A stretch of DNA of 64,000 bases from an uncultured delta proteobacterium. Lineage in GTDB: Bacteria; Desulfobacterota; Binatia; Binatales; Binataceae. The stretch spans positions 736,001-800,000 of the forward strand of contig CAWJET010000001.1 of assembly GCA_963842085.1 (NCBI GenBank). The letters run 5' to 3'. The position numbers and the translations under genes were made by a program. Numbering within the stretch: position 1 is the first letter of the stretch; the number at the start of each line of letters is the position of its first letter. This document shows, one piece after another, positions 37,944-48,127 of the stretch. Below the pieces are notes generated by a model. That model was not told the DNA's origin. It was given only the letters and a program-made list of their open reading frames with translations, and ran no database searches.

Positions 37944-39389
37944 TCAATCGGGGCGCTTGAGAAACGCGCGCACGCGATCGATTAGCGGCTTCAGGTCGGT
38001 GTTGTCGACCAGCGCACTCGCCATCCTGACCGGATCGCCGAAAAAGAATCGCTCATAAAGAACTTGCCGGCCGCCGAAGGCGCTGCACGCAACGTCCCAC
38101 GCGAGCCGATAAAGCGCGACCCGGTCTTTTGCGGGCGCGTCCGCCGCACCGAAGTAGCGCTCGATATCCGGCAGCTCGGCGGGATTTGCAAAGTCGCTTG
38201 ACGATGGTGTCGCCATCAGCGAGCTCGAGCTGTTGAGCTGGATAATCTCGACCAGGCCCGGATACAGCCGCGGAAAGAGATTCCGCGCGGTGTCGAGCGG
38301 CGCTCGCGCCGGCGTAAACACGCCCCACTTGTCGGGCGCGGCGTCAGCTTCGGCAGCGCGCAGGCACGCGCGCATCGTCTCGGTGGTCATGATCATCTCG
38401 GCCAGCCGCTCGCGTACGTGCTGCAACGGCATCGCGTCGCTGGCCTCGGCGATTCGCGCCGCCAGCCCGAGCAGGAACTCGCTCTTCGCGACATTTTTCA
38501 CGACCACCTGGTGCATCATGTGCACGACCGCGCCGGTGCCCGCATACAGCGCGTTGCATCGCGCGACGTCGCCGCACAAAAACACGCGCTCCCACGGGAC
38601 CAGCACGTTGTCGAACACGACCACCGCATCCATTTCGTCAAAGCGCGACGCGAGCGGGTGGTCGAAGCGCGAACGGCCCACGTCGTAAGTGTCGCGGCAC
38701 AGGAACTTGAGGCCCTTGGCGTTGCAGTGGATGGCGAACGACAGCGCGAATGGTTCCGCCGCCGGCTCGGCCTTCAGCACCGTCGAGGGAAACACGAGCA
38801 GCTCCTCCGAGAGCGGCGCCAGCGTCGCCAGCATTCGGCAGCCGCTCACGACAATGCCGTCCTTGGTCTTCTCGACGAGCTTGAGCGCGAGGTCCGCGTC
38901 GGTATGTCCGGCCCAGCCCGCGGCGCGGCTCGCGCGCGGATTGACGAGGGTATGCGTCGCGCACCAATCGTGATGGCGCGCCTGGATATAGTAGTTCCAG
39001 ATGTTGTCGCCGTGGCGCGGATCGCTCTCGGCGAAAAAGTCGCGCGCTGCCGCCATCGCCGCGAGACTCACGTTGAGGTAATCCGGCGTGCGCCCGAGCA
39101 TCCCGCAGCTGAAGTCGGCCCACGTCTTCATCATGCGCGTGCGCTTGCGCAGGTCGTCGGCGCTTTTGGGGATGATGAACGACATCCCCGCGCGACCGCC
39201 GTCGTCAGTGCGAAACGTCATCGTCTCCGGATGCTCCATCTGCATGTCGTAGAGCGACGCGACCGAGCGCGCGCAATTCGCAAACGCGGGATGAGCGGTG
39301 ACGTCGCCGGCGCGCGCGCCGCCGATCCAGATCTCGGCGCCGAGCTTTTTCAACGACGACAGGTAATTGTTGCCCGAGCGCGCGCCCAT
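37944..39389 (-). CDS. hpaB: 4-hydroxyphenylacetate 3-monooxygenase, oxygenase component
   Basis: GRTPDYLN, LATL, HPLASRFDEMDA, RQVLYERFFFGDP. Confidence 0.9.
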   Translation of the reverse strand: MGARSGNNYLSSLKKLGAEIWIGGARAGDVTAHPAFANCARSVASLYDMQMEHPETMTFRTDDGGRAGMSFIIPKSADDLRKRTRMMKTWADFSCGMLGRTPDYLNVSLAAMAAARDFFAESDPRHGDNIWNYYIQARHHDWCATHTLVNPRASRAAGWAGHTDADLALKLVEKTKDGIVVSGCRMLATLAPLSEELLVFPSTVLKAEPAAEPFALSFAIHCNAKGLKFLCRDTYDVGRSRFDHPLASRFDEMDAVVVFDNVLVPWERVFLCGDVARCNALYAGTGAVVHMMHQVVVKNVAKSEFLLGLAARIAEASDAMPLQHVRERLAEMIMTTETMRACLRAAEADAAPDKWGVFTPARAPLDTARNLFPRLYPGLVEIIQLNSSSSLMATPSSSDFANPAELPDIERYFGAADAPAKDRVALYRLAWDVACSAFGGRQVLYERFFFGDPVRMASALVDNTDLKPLIDRVRAFLKRPD

Positions 39390-39390
39390 T

Positions 39391-40335
39391 TCAGATGACC
39401 TCGTTGAGCAGCGGCAGGCGCTTGCGGATTCGTTCAGCGGCGTCGGCCGGCGCCATGTACGGCGGCCGCGCCGGGCCCATCTCGATTCCGGTCGCGACCG
39501 AGGCGGTGACCTTGGTGGTGCCGAGATGGCCAAGCGTTTCCTCGCCGCCGCGCGGGAAGCATCGATTCAGCCGGCGCTGAATTTCCTCGGCGCGCCGGTA
39601 ATCGCCCGCCTGGTACGCCTTGAGCAGGGCGACCGCGGCGGGCACCGCGAAAATATTGATGAAGCCGCCGGCCGCGCCGAGCATCAGCCCCGCCAGCATC
39701 GCGCGAAACGTATTATAGATGTCCGCGCGGCCGCCGACTTCGTCGTACAGCGCCTCGAGATGCTGCAAATCGGTCAGCACTTCCTTGAACGCCACGACGC
39801 CGGGAATCGTCGCCAGCTTGCCGGCAAACTTCGGCGTGATGTTGAACTTGCTGAGCGCGGGGTTGTGGTAGATGACGACGGGCAGGTCGCCCGCGTCGGT
39901 AATCATGCGGTAGTGTCGCTCGACTTCGGCTTCGCCGCATCGCCAGTAGTACGGCGGGATCACCTGTTGTGCGTCGTAACCCATGCGCGCCGCGATTTTC
40001 GCGTAGCGCAGAGTTTCGAGGGTAGTCGCGCCCGAGGTCATCGCAACCGCGGCGAGGCCGGCCCGTTTGCGGGTCTCTTCGATCACGATTTCGAACACGC
40101 GCGTGCGCTCGGCTTCATCCATATGCAGAAATTCGCCGATGCTCGGCGCGGCGACGACGCCATGCGCGCCCGCGGCAATCGCCCACTGAACTTCGCGCCG
40201 CAGCGCATCTTCGTTGAGCTGGCAGTCGTTTTCGTTGTGAAACGGCGTCACCAGCATCGCCAAAACTCCATGTGCAAGTTTCAAACGCGCACCTCCGGCT
40301 TGAGTCGCGCTAGGCTGCCTCGCGCTCGGCTCCAT
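39391..40335 (-). CDS. DapA/DHDPS-family aldolase
   Basis: LVTPF, IGEF, PPYY, IYHNP, Schiff-base K in AFKE. Confidence 0.82.
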   Translation of the reverse strand: MEPSARQPSATQAGGARLKLAHGVLAMLVTPFHNENDCQLNEDALRREVQWAIAAGAHGVVAAPSIGEFLHMDEAERTRVFEIVIEETRKRAGLAAVAMTSGATTLETLRYAKIAARMGYDAQQVIPPYYWRCGEAEVERHYRMITDAGDLPVVIYHNPALSKFNITPKFAGKLATIPGVVAFKEVLTDLQHLEALYDEVGGRADIYNTFRAMLAGLMLGAAGGFINIFAVPAAVALLKAYQAGDYRRAEEIQRRLNRCFPRGGEETLGHLGTTKVTASVATGIEMGPARPPYMAPADAAERIRKRLPLLNEVI

Positions 40336-41206
40336 TGAAAGACGATTGAAAGAAAAAGATCGCCTGGCCGGTTCCGATCGCGGCTTCGTATTTTCCAAAC
40401 TGCTCGCCGCGCCAGGTCCATGCGTCGCCACCCATCGCACCCGCCATCGTGATGTAATGCGAGAAGCGGCCCTCGGGCGAGCAGTGTGCGCGGTAGTCGT
40501 CGGCAGCGGCGAGGACGGCGTCATGCCGCCCGGCCTTGAACCATTCCATGATTCGTTCGTCGTACAGGCGATTGGCGGTTGACGCGATGTCGTCGGGCGA
40601 CGCCGATGCGCGGTCGAGTATTCGGTCGTAATCCCAGAACTTGTGCGACACCCCGCCCGACGCCACGATCACGACCCGCCGATTCGATTTCCAGATAGCT
40701 TGTCCGATGGCTGCGCCGTACGCCAAATCGTTTTTGACCGACGCGGTTTGACACACGCTCACCGGGAGCACACGGCGGCGCGCCTCGTGATTGAAGTAGT
40801 GCATGACGTTGAGCGTTGGATAGTGTATCGGCAAGTTGGTATGCGCCGATGCAATCGCGCGAATCCCGCGCTCCCGTGCCTCTTTCTCGACTCCGCGCGC
40901 AAGCTCGGGGTCGCCCCGATAATCATAGTCCAGGTCATGCAGCATCGCCGGCAGCTCTTCCGATGTATACACACCCGACAGGCGCTCGTGAGCATTGAGC
41001 AAGTACTCCAAAGTAGAAAACCAGTGAGTATCGATTAGCAAGAAGGTATCGAAGTCGAGATGGCGCAGTCGCTCGCGCTCGAGCTTCGGCATCGCGTCGT
41101 AAAAAGTCGTGACGCTGCGCCCCATGTATGCGCGGCGCGCCATCGGATCGGCAATCATCAGCCGCGGAACGTGCGTGGTGAACACGGTCGCGACTACCTT
41201 ACCCAT
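40310..41206 (-). CDS. hpaD: Homoprotocatechuate 2,3-dioxygenase-like (LigB class)
   Basis: THVP, DTHW, GVYTSEELP, YRGDPELA, ASGGVSHKFW. Confidence 0.8.
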   Translation of the reverse strand: MGKVVATVFTTHVPRLMIADPMARRAYMGRSVTTFYDAMPKLERERLRHLDFDTFLLIDTHWFSTLEYLLNAHERLSGVYTSEELPAMLHDLDYDYRGDPELARGVEKEARERGIRAIASAHTNLPIHYPTLNVMHYFNHEARRRVLPVSVCQTASVKNDLAYGAAIGQAIWKSNRRVVIVASGGVSHKFWDYDRILDRASASPDDIASTANRLYDERIMEWFKAGRHDAVLAAADDYRAHCSPEGRFSHYITMAGAMGGDAWTWRGEQFGKYEAAIGTGQAIFFFQSSFNGAEREAA

Positions 41207-42674
41207 CGTGCTCCTCCTCGCCATAGGCGACGCACACGAGTTTCGGCTCGGTCCAGAACTCCATGCTGAAGCGGCCGCCCTGCCGACCGAGCCCGCTCAT
41301 CTTGGCGCCTCCAAACGGGACGCGCAGATCGCGCAGGAAAAAACTGTTGACCCATACCATCCCGGTCCTGATCTCTTCCGCGACCCGCAGCGCGCGATCT
41401 ACGTTCGACGTCCACACATAAGCGGCCAGGCCGAAGCGCGTCGCGTTCGCGCTCGCGATAGCCTGCGCCTCGTCGTCAAATCGTTCGACCGTCAGCACCG
41501 GCCCGAAAATTTCCTCGGACACGGCGCGCGACTGTGCATCGACGCCGTCGAGGATCGTGGGCAAATAGTAAAATCCGCGCGCGGGTTCGGCGGGAGTCTC
41601 ACCGCCAGCGAGCAGTTTCGCGCCGTTTGCGACCGCGTCGGCCACGAAGGAATGAACCCGCTCGCGATGCGCGCCGGAAATCAGCGGGCCGTAGTCGGTG
41701 GCGTAGTTCAACGGGTCGCCAATCTTGAGCCGCGGAATCTCCGCGGCCAGCAGTTCGAGAAAATCCGCGGCGACTCGCCGGTCAACCAGCAATCGCGAGC
41801 CCGCCACACACGATTGCCCCTGGCTGCGATAGATGGACCGCGCGACGCCCGCCGCGGTCCGCTTCAGATTCGCGTCGGCGAAGACCAGGTTTGGCGACTT
41901 GCCGCCAAGTTCGAGCGTGACGCGCTTGAGCGATTCCGCCGCGGCCGCCATCACGCGCCGCCCGGTCGCAACGCCGCCAGTGAACGCGATCGCGTCCACA
42001 CCCGGATGCGCGACGAGCGACGCGCCCGCGTCGCCGAGGCCCGGCACGATATTCAGCACGCCCGGAGGCAGGCCCGCCTCGTTCGCGATCTCGCCGAGCG
42101 CGATCGAAGTCAGCGGCGCGAGTTCCGACGGCTTGAGCACGCACGCATTTCCAGCCGCCAGGCACGGCCCCAGGTTCCACGTCGCGAGCATCAGCGGCGA
42201 GTTCCACGGAATGACGATCGCGCCGACGCCGACTGGTGGCCGCTGCGTGACGCTCAGCAGTTTCAGATCGCGGCCGAGAAATTTTGCGTCGCTGTCCGCA
42301 GCCTCATGGGTCCAGGTCTGCGCGGCGGCGGCAAAAAAACGGAGGTTGCGCGCCGCCCGCGCGACATCGTGATTGACGCACTCCGAGACCGGCTTGCCGA
42401 CGTCGCGCGCCTCGAGCATTCCCAGCTCGCGCGCTCGGCGTTCGAGCCCGCCCGCCAGCTTGCCCAGCACGGCCGCTCGCGCGTAGGCGCTCATCCGCGG
42501 CCACGGCCCGTGATCCGCGGCTTCACGCGCCGCATCGACTGCACGATTCACGTCGTCGGCGCCGGCGCTCGCCACGCTCGCCAGTTCGCGCTCGGTGGCC
42601 GGCTCGACGTCGGCAAAGCGCGCGGACCTGGCTGCATCGACGAAGCGTCCGGCGATGAACAATCTAGTTTCCAT
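41199..42674 (-). CDS. hpaE: Hydroxymuconate semialdehyde-type aldehyde dehydrogenase
   Basis: PWNSPL, KPSE, LELGGKSP, GQSCVAGSR, EIFGPV, RDLRVPFGG. Confidence 0.8.
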   Translation of the reverse strand: METRLFIAGRFVDAARSARFADVEPATERELASVASAGADDVNRAVDAAREAADHGPWPRMSAYARAAVLGKLAGGLERRARELGMLEARDVGKPVSECVNHDVARAARNLRFFAAAAQTWTHEAADSDAKFLGRDLKLLSVTQRPPVGVGAIVIPWNSPLMLATWNLGPCLAAGNACVLKPSELAPLTSIALGEIANEAGLPPGVLNIVPGLGDAGASLVAHPGVDAIAFTGGVATGRRVMAAAAESLKRVTLELGGKSPNLVFADANLKRTAAGVARSIYRSQGQSCVAGSRLLVDRRVAADFLELLAAEIPRLKIGDPLNYATDYGPLISGAHRERVHSFVADAVANGAKLLAGGETPAEPARGFYYLPTILDGVDAQSRAVSEEIFGPVLTVERFDDEAQAIASANATRFGLAAYVWTSNVDRALRVAEEIRTGMVWVNSFFLRDLRVPFGGAKMSGLGRQGGRFSMEFWTEPKLVCVAYGEEEHDG

Positions 42675-42823
42675 TTCGCTGTCAGATGAAGTTTCGCCGA
42701 TTCGCTGAAACATAGCAAAACCGCGCGCCTGTGGTATCTCCGCCGCAGCCACTCTCAGCGCGACACTCTTCCTTGACGCCTGATCGTAACGGCCCTAACC
42801 TGACACACAGGCCGACAGTAAAC

Positions 42824-43477
42824 GTGGCTGCATTACCCACCATCATTCCGATCTTCCCGCTGCCGAACCTCGTCTTGTTTCCGGGGTTGAGCGTGCCGCT
42901 GCATATTTTCGAGGCGCGCTATCGTGAGATGATCGCCGACATCGCCGACACGCATGGGATGATTGGGATGGCGCTGCTCAAAGGCGACTGGCAAGCCGAC
43001 TACCACGCGTTCCCCGATATTTTCGAGGTCGGATGCGCAGGGAAAATCGGCGGTCTGGTCCAACTTGCTGACGGGCGCTACAACCTGGTCCTCGAGGGCA
43101 TCGGCGAGTTTCGCATCGCGCGCGAAATTCGCGATCGTTCGTATCGGCAGGCGCAGGTGAATTGGTGTCCGGTTCCTCCCGACACGCTCGATTGCGACGC
43201 CGAAACGATGGACGCGTTGCGCGAGATGCTCTTCAGCTACCTGGGCGAGGGCGCGCACGAGGCGTGGCATACGATCGTCGAGCAGCCCGGCCTGCGCGGC
43301 GCCGCGCTGATAAATTTCCTGTGCTTTCATCTCGACGTCACGCCGCTCGAAAAGCAGACGCTGCTCGAGGCGCTCGGGGATCGCGTCGATTGCCTGCTCG
43401 ACGTGCTGACCTTCAAGCTCGAGGAGCGCAAGCACGGCCCCGCAGGCACCAGCGGCGGCCCCGACACCGTCCAGTAA
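42824..43477 (+). CDS. LON peptidase substrate-binding domain protein
   Basis: IPIFPLPNLVLFPG...PLHIFEARY, DGRYNLVL, EKQTLLE. Confidence 0.88.
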   Translation: MAALPTIIPIFPLPNLVLFPGLSVPLHIFEARYREMIADIADTHGMIGMALLKGDWQADYHAFPDIFEVGCAGKIGGLVQLADGRYNLVLEGIGEFRIAREIRDRSYRQAQVNWCPVPPDTLDCDAETMDALREMLFSYLGEGAHEAWHTIVEQPGLRGAALINFLCFHLDVTPLEKQTLLEALGDRVDCLLDVLTFKLEERKHGPAGTSGGPDTVQ

Positions 43478-43750
43478 CCGTATTCGCGCTTAGCGCCCTG
43501 ATATCTCGGCGGGATGCGCATCCCGCTTATGGCACCCACGCGACACATTGCGGACGGTTTGTGGCCGAATGGTAACGCATGTCGCAAATGAGTCAGCTTA
43601 TGCGCGAGCACGGCACAATTCGCATAATGCGGAACTATTTGCGAAAAGACGGCTGGCATCGGGAATTTCTCAGTAAATGACGACCCGACTTACGGTTCAT
43701 GATGCCTTAACATGCTAGCTAATTCATATTAGGGCAGTTGCCGACAAATT

Positions 43751-43765
43751 CGGCATGATCATTGC
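43751..43765 (+). promoter_or_regulatory. Candidate sigma54 promoter
   Basis: CGGCAT-GATCA-TTGC about 82 bp upstream of ATG 43848, within a long intergenic region. Confidence 0.6.
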
Positions 43766-43847
43766 GTACAATTAGGTCGAACGACGAAAAGTCCGATCAC
43801 CTGACCCGAAATTCGGCGCAGGTACGGTCGGCCGAGGACAAAGTACG

Positions 43848-44288
43848 ATGGAATGGGAAAATAGCGCTCTCGGAAATCTCTTCGTGCCAGACGTTCTGAC
43901 GCCCGAGCAGTTTTACGACAGCCGGCGCGACGACAGCACTATCCGACCCGTCAAGAAGCTGATGATGGCTATTCTGGAGGACGCCCTTCGATGCTTCCAG
44001 AATAACGCTGACGCCAAGGGCGGACCACGCAAGCGTCTGTTCAGCGAGGCCGAGCAGTGGCTAATCGGAGAAGGCGGAGAGGGTCCGTTCTCGTTCGCGA
44101 CGGTCTGCGAAACGCTCGGAATCGAACCGCAATTTCTGCGGAAGGGTCTGCGCGACTGGCGCAATCAGCAGCTTGCAGGCGTCTCGACGAGGCGCTTGGC
44201 GCGGCGATCGCCGGTGGTCCGCAGCGGCCGGATTAGTGCGCCTGCGCGGCGCGATGCAAAACGCACGGCTACGGCCCAAGCCCGCTAG
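43848..44288 (+). CDS. Hypothetical protein, putative DNA-binding regulator
   Basis: GAGG RBS; LMMAILEDA...EAEQW...FSFATVCETLGIEP...LR, basic tail. Confidence 0.7.
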   Translation: MEWENSALGNLFVPDVLTPEQFYDSRRDDSTIRPVKKLMMAILEDALRCFQNNADAKGGPRKRLFSEAEQWLIGEGGEGPFSFATVCETLGIEPQFLRKGLRDWRNQQLAGVSTRRLARRSPVVRSGRISAPARRDAKRTATAQAR

Positions 44289-44339
44289 CAGGCTTGCGCC
44301 GGCGCGATTGGCGTCGGCCTGAAATTCTGCACAACAGAA

Positions 44340-44377
44340 AGGCGGCGCGGCATCCGAAACCAGATGCCGCGCCGCCT
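44340..44377. terminator. Hairpin between convergent genes
   Basis: aggcggcgcggcatc...gatgccgcgccgcct 15-bp stem. Confidence 0.7.
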
Positions 44378-44445
44378 GAATTTTTCACGCAGCGGACGCG
44401 ATCAACTCCGCGCCATGCGCGCGAGCGAGACCGCCGTCAGATGTA

Positions 44446-44823
44446 CTATTGCTTGGCTGGGGCCGGAGCACCGCCGGCAGGAGCAGCGGTTTTCGCCGCC
44501 ATGGTTCCCGGAGGCGGAGGAGGCACGTAGCCCTTGGGCTGCGCCTGAACCCATTGCTCGCAAGCGGGAATGTCCTCTTCCTGGACCGATTCCTGCTGCA
44601 TAATCTGGGCATCCGACCATCCGTGCGTCTTTTCCCAATGCACGCCGGGACACTTGACGGCCAGGTTAAAGTTTCTGGCAGTCGACGATACCGCTTCCGT
44701 GGGGGGCGCTGCCGCCGCCGCACCGCCTCCCGAAGTGGTGCCGCCGCTGCCACTTTGACTCGCGCAACCGGCGACCAACAACGCCAGCCCGGCAGCCAGC
44801 GCTAATCCGATCTTCCGTTTCAT
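44446..44823 (-). CDS. Hypothetical lipoprotein
   Basis: MKRKIGLALAAGLALLVAGC lipobox; AAGGAGG RBS. Confidence 0.75.
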   Translation of the reverse strand: MKRKIGLALAAGLALLVAGCASQSGSGGTTSGGGAAAAAPPTEAVSSTARNFNLAVKCPGVHWEKTHGWSDAQIMQQESVQEEDIPACEQWVQAQPKGYVPPPPPGTMAAKTAAPAGGAPAPAKQ

Positions 44824-44941
44824 GGCATCCTCCTTCAATCTAGGGACCCCTCCGCTAACTTGGCAACATGGTTAACCGCCGCTCGTTTGAGCAGGGCCAA
44901 AATACACCGTCTGGAAAAATTAGCAAACCCCCGTAATTCGC

Positions 44942-45937
44942 TCATAACGCCTGGAACACGGTCCGTTCACCGCGCTCCGACCGGCGCGCCCGGCCTTCAA
45001 AACAGGCAAATTCCAGGTGCGCGAGGGTTTCGAAGGTGGCTGCCATCACGTGGAATATCGGCCGCTCCTCACCGCCAAATACTTGCTGGGCGATTTCGAA
45101 CGCCGTCTGCGGCGCTTTGCGCGTCAGATCGAGCATTTCCGCCTCTCGATACCGGTGATGCTCTATCAATTGATTGGCGCGATGGCGATGGTCGTGATAA
45201 ACGCCGCCGTGTGCCGGCAAAACCAGCTCAACGTCGAACTTCTGGACCTTTAGCTGCGAATTGAGAAAGTCGCCGAGCGGGTTGGTTCCGTCCGCGTCCG
45301 GATAAATCCCCACGTGTGGCGTAATCTTGGGCAGCAGGTGATCGCCGACGATCATCACCTTCTCTTTGCGCAGGTAAATTACGTTGTGCCCCGGTGAATG
45401 GCCCGGCGTCCAGATCACTTCGAGCTCGCGGTCGCCGATTTTGATTACGTCGTGATCATCGATGTACCTGTCGGGTTTCGTCACCGGGCCGTACATCGAC
45501 GTGCCCATCCACGCCGGGCGCATCCCGGTCGGCGAAAATTGTTCGATCGGAAATCCGTGCCGCGCGAAAAACGCACGCGACTCGGGCCGGTCGTTAGGAG
45601 CCATCTTTCCAAACTCGATCATCCTGCCCGCGCGCTCGGCTTCCAGGCGATGAATGTGCGTCGTGGCATGACTGCGGCGGCGAATCTCGCCCGACGCGCC
45701 GAAGTGATCGATATGGTGATGCGTGGCGACGAGTGCATCGAGAGCTTCTATCTCGATGCCCACTTCCTTGAACGCTTCCTCGAGTGCCGCGATGCTTTCC
45801 GGCGAGTTCATCCCCGTGTCCACCAGCGCCCACGCACCGTGACAGTCGAGCAAATAAACGTTGATGATTGTCGGCCGCATCGGCAGCGGCAGAAAGATCT
45901 CGTAGATACCCGGATGAACCTCAACTATTTTCGCCAT
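44942..45937 (-). CDS. MBL-fold metallo-hydrolase
   Basis: VDTG, THHHIDH, TPGHSPGH, GDHLLPKITP, PAHG. Confidence 0.9.
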   Translation of the reverse strand: MAKIVEVHPGIYEIFLPLPMRPTIINVYLLDCHGAWALVDTGMNSPESIAALEEAFKEVGIEIEALDALVATHHHIDHFGASGEIRRRSHATTHIHRLEAERAGRMIEFGKMAPNDRPESRAFFARHGFPIEQFSPTGMRPAWMGTSMYGPVTKPDRYIDDHDVIKIGDRELEVIWTPGHSPGHNVIYLRKEKVMIVGDHLLPKITPHVGIYPDADGTNPLGDFLNSQLKVQKFDVELVLPAHGGVYHDHRHRANQLIEHHRYREAEMLDLTRKAPQTAFEIAQQVFGGEERPIFHVMAATFETLAHLEFACFEGRARRSERGERTVFQAL

Positions 45938-46015
45938 CGACTACTCTCAGTGGCAGGTTTCGCATGACCGGTAAGTCCTTGCGCTCCGCCGCCCTCCACA
46001 TCCACGCGCATTTAC

Positions 46016-46228
46016 TCACTCGTGCAGCTCGTCCTTCACCTGGAAGGTCACTTTCACTCTAACCCTCCATCGCACGACCTTATTGGCTTCGACGAGTGCG
46101 GCGATATCCTCGACGTGAGCCGTGTGGATGCCGTCGATCGTGACGCCTGCGCGCGAAATTGCCAATTGCACGGCTTCTTCAACCGAGTTGGCCGAGATGC
46201 CCGTGAGCTCGATCGTTTTTTCAACCAT
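46016..46228 (-). CDS. Dodecin family protein
   Basis: KTIELTGIS..SVEEAVQLAI...WRVRVKVTF. Confidence 0.8.
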   Translation of the reverse strand: MVEKTIELTGISANSVEEAVQLAISRAGVTIDGIHTAHVEDIAALVEANKVVRWRVRVKVTFQVKDELHE

Positions 46229-46418
46229 GGCGCTTAGCCGCTCCTGCGGGGTTTTCGCGCGCGATTGTTTGACGCTTCCACTCGCTCGGCGCTACGCTCG
46301 CCCCTGCGTAGTGGTTACAGCACCGCGAGATTGGAAACAAGCCGACATCGCGCGAGCCGGCTGTCCGGCAATCTTAACGGAAGCGCGTGATTGGTCAGCC
46401 CGTCGGGAGAGTCTGTAG

Positions 46419-47489
46419 TTGTCAGTCAAAATCGAGTCGCCCGCGGGCGAAGAAGCGCTCGCTGAGTTCGTTCTGTTTCAACACCGGGTTTACGAATACC
46501 GCAGTGCGCGATGGGCCGCGATGGTCGCGGTGCAACTGCCAATCCTGATGGGTGAGGGACCGTTCGCCGCCGGCCGCAACATCCGGCCGTTCGCGGCCCG
46601 CGTCGACGGCAACATCGTTGCGCGCGCCGTCGCGATTATCGACGGCCATTATCAACGCCATTGGAACGAACCGCTCGCGCATATCGTGATGTTCGAGGCG
46701 ATGCCCGGTACGCGCGACGCCGTCAATCAGATGATGGACGCGGCGTCGGCGTGGATGAAGGCCAACGGTGCGACGGCGGCGCGAGCCGGCTACGGCTTGC
46801 TCGAGTTTCCGTTCGTGATCGACGACTACGAAACCCTGCCGCCCGACATCGCGCGCCAGAATCCCGCCTACTATCACGCCTTGCTCAAGGACGCGGGCTT
46901 CGAAACCGAGCGCGGATGGGTCGACTACAAGATTGAGGTGACACCGGAGCTGGTCGCGCGCTACGAAAGTGCGCTCGAAGCAAGCCGCCGCGCCGGTTTT
47001 CAAGTCGTCGCGTTGAAGGACTTGCCCGCCCCGCGCCGCATCCGCGATTTCGAATACACCTGGAATACCGCCTTCGCGCGTCATTGGGGTGCGACTCCCT
47101 TCACCACCGACGAGCTCACATTCCTGTTCGACTTCTTCGCGATGTCCGGCGCGCTCGACACCTCGGTGCTCGCGTATCGCGACGGACAGCCGGTCGGCGC
47201 GCTGATGGCTACGCCGCCGAATCCCGACGGGGCAATCCTCAAACCCGGTCGCAAGCTCGCCGATAACGAGAAACTGAACTTTCTCGGCATCGGCGTGCTC
47301 GAAGCGGCGCGCGGCCGCGGCGTGAACCTCGCGATGGCCGCGTATTCCTACCTGCACCTGATCCGCCAAGGCTCGAAGTATCTGAGTTATACGCTCGTGC
47401 TCGACGACAACTGGCCGTCGCGCCGCACCGCAGAAAAACTCGGCGCCAAAGTCTGCGCAAATTACGTAACTTACCGCCGCGCCTGGTAA
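46419..47489 (+). CDS. GNAT-fold hypothetical protein
   Basis: NPAYYHALL..AGF, HWG, IGVLEAARGRGV, LDDNWPS. Confidence 0.7.
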   Translation: MSVKIESPAGEEALAEFVLFQHRVYEYRSARWAAMVAVQLPILMGEGPFAAGRNIRPFAARVDGNIVARAVAIIDGHYQRHWNEPLAHIVMFEAMPGTRDAVNQMMDAASAWMKANGATAARAGYGLLEFPFVIDDYETLPPDIARQNPAYYHALLKDAGFETERGWVDYKIEVTPELVARYESALEASRRAGFQVVALKDLPAPRRIRDFEYTWNTAFARHWGATPFTTDELTFLFDFFAMSGALDTSVLAYRDGQPVGALMATPPNPDGAILKPGRKLADNEKLNFLGIGVLEAARGRGVNLAMAAYSYLHLIRQGSKYLSYTLVLDDNWPSRRTAEKLGAKVCANYVTYRRAW

Positions 47490-47495
47490 GCGATC

Positions 47496-48110
47496 TTACA
47501 GTCCCGGCAGCTTCGGGGTTTCCTTCCATGCGCGGCGTGCTCGAATAGCCTCGAGATAAGAGCGCACATTTGGAAAATCTCCGAAGTCGAAGCCGGCTCG
47601 ATCCAGAACGTTGAGGACTGGACCGTAGTCGCAATCGACCAGCGAGAAATCCGCGCCGAGCATCCACTTGCGATCGGCGAGGTGTCGATCGAGTATTCCA
47701 ATCGGATCGGGCAGCGCCTTCTCGCCGCGCGTGATTGCAGCTTCGTCAGGAGTGCCGCCAGTCAATTTGACGGCGATTCGATTGAATACCAGGTCGGTCG
47801 CGGGTGGCGAAACAGCGCTCGTAAGAAAGAAGAGCCACCGGAGTGCGTCCGCGCGACCTGCTGGAGAGGTCGGCCAAAGCTTGCCGGTTTTCTCGCCGAG
47901 ATATGCGAGGATCGCGTGAGACTCCCAAAGCTTAAGGTCCCCGTCGACCAGCACAGGAACCCGACCGCATGGATTCAACGCCAGGAATTCGGGCGAGCGT
48001 TGTTCGCGTTTGGTGAGATCAACCGCGACGGTCTCGCAGTCGAGACCAAGCTCATTGAGCGCGAAGCGAATCTTCTGCGGATTGGGTGAAGGAAAATAGT
48101 AGAGCTTCAT
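47496..48110 (-). CDS. Glutathione S-transferase family
   Basis: SPNPQK, LNPCGRVPVL, ESHAILAYL, FSLVD. Confidence 0.92.
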   Translation of the reverse strand: MKLYYFPSPNPQKIRFALNELGLDCETVAVDLTKREQRSPEFLALNPCGRVPVLVDGDLKLWESHAILAYLGEKTGKLWPTSPAGRADALRWLFFLTSAVSPPATDLVFNRIAVKLTGGTPDEAAITRGEKALPDPIGILDRHLADRKWMLGADFSLVDCDYGPVLNVLDRAGFDFGDFPNVRSYLEAIRARRAWKETPKLPGL

Positions 48111-48127
48111 AACGTTCCTCCTTGCAG

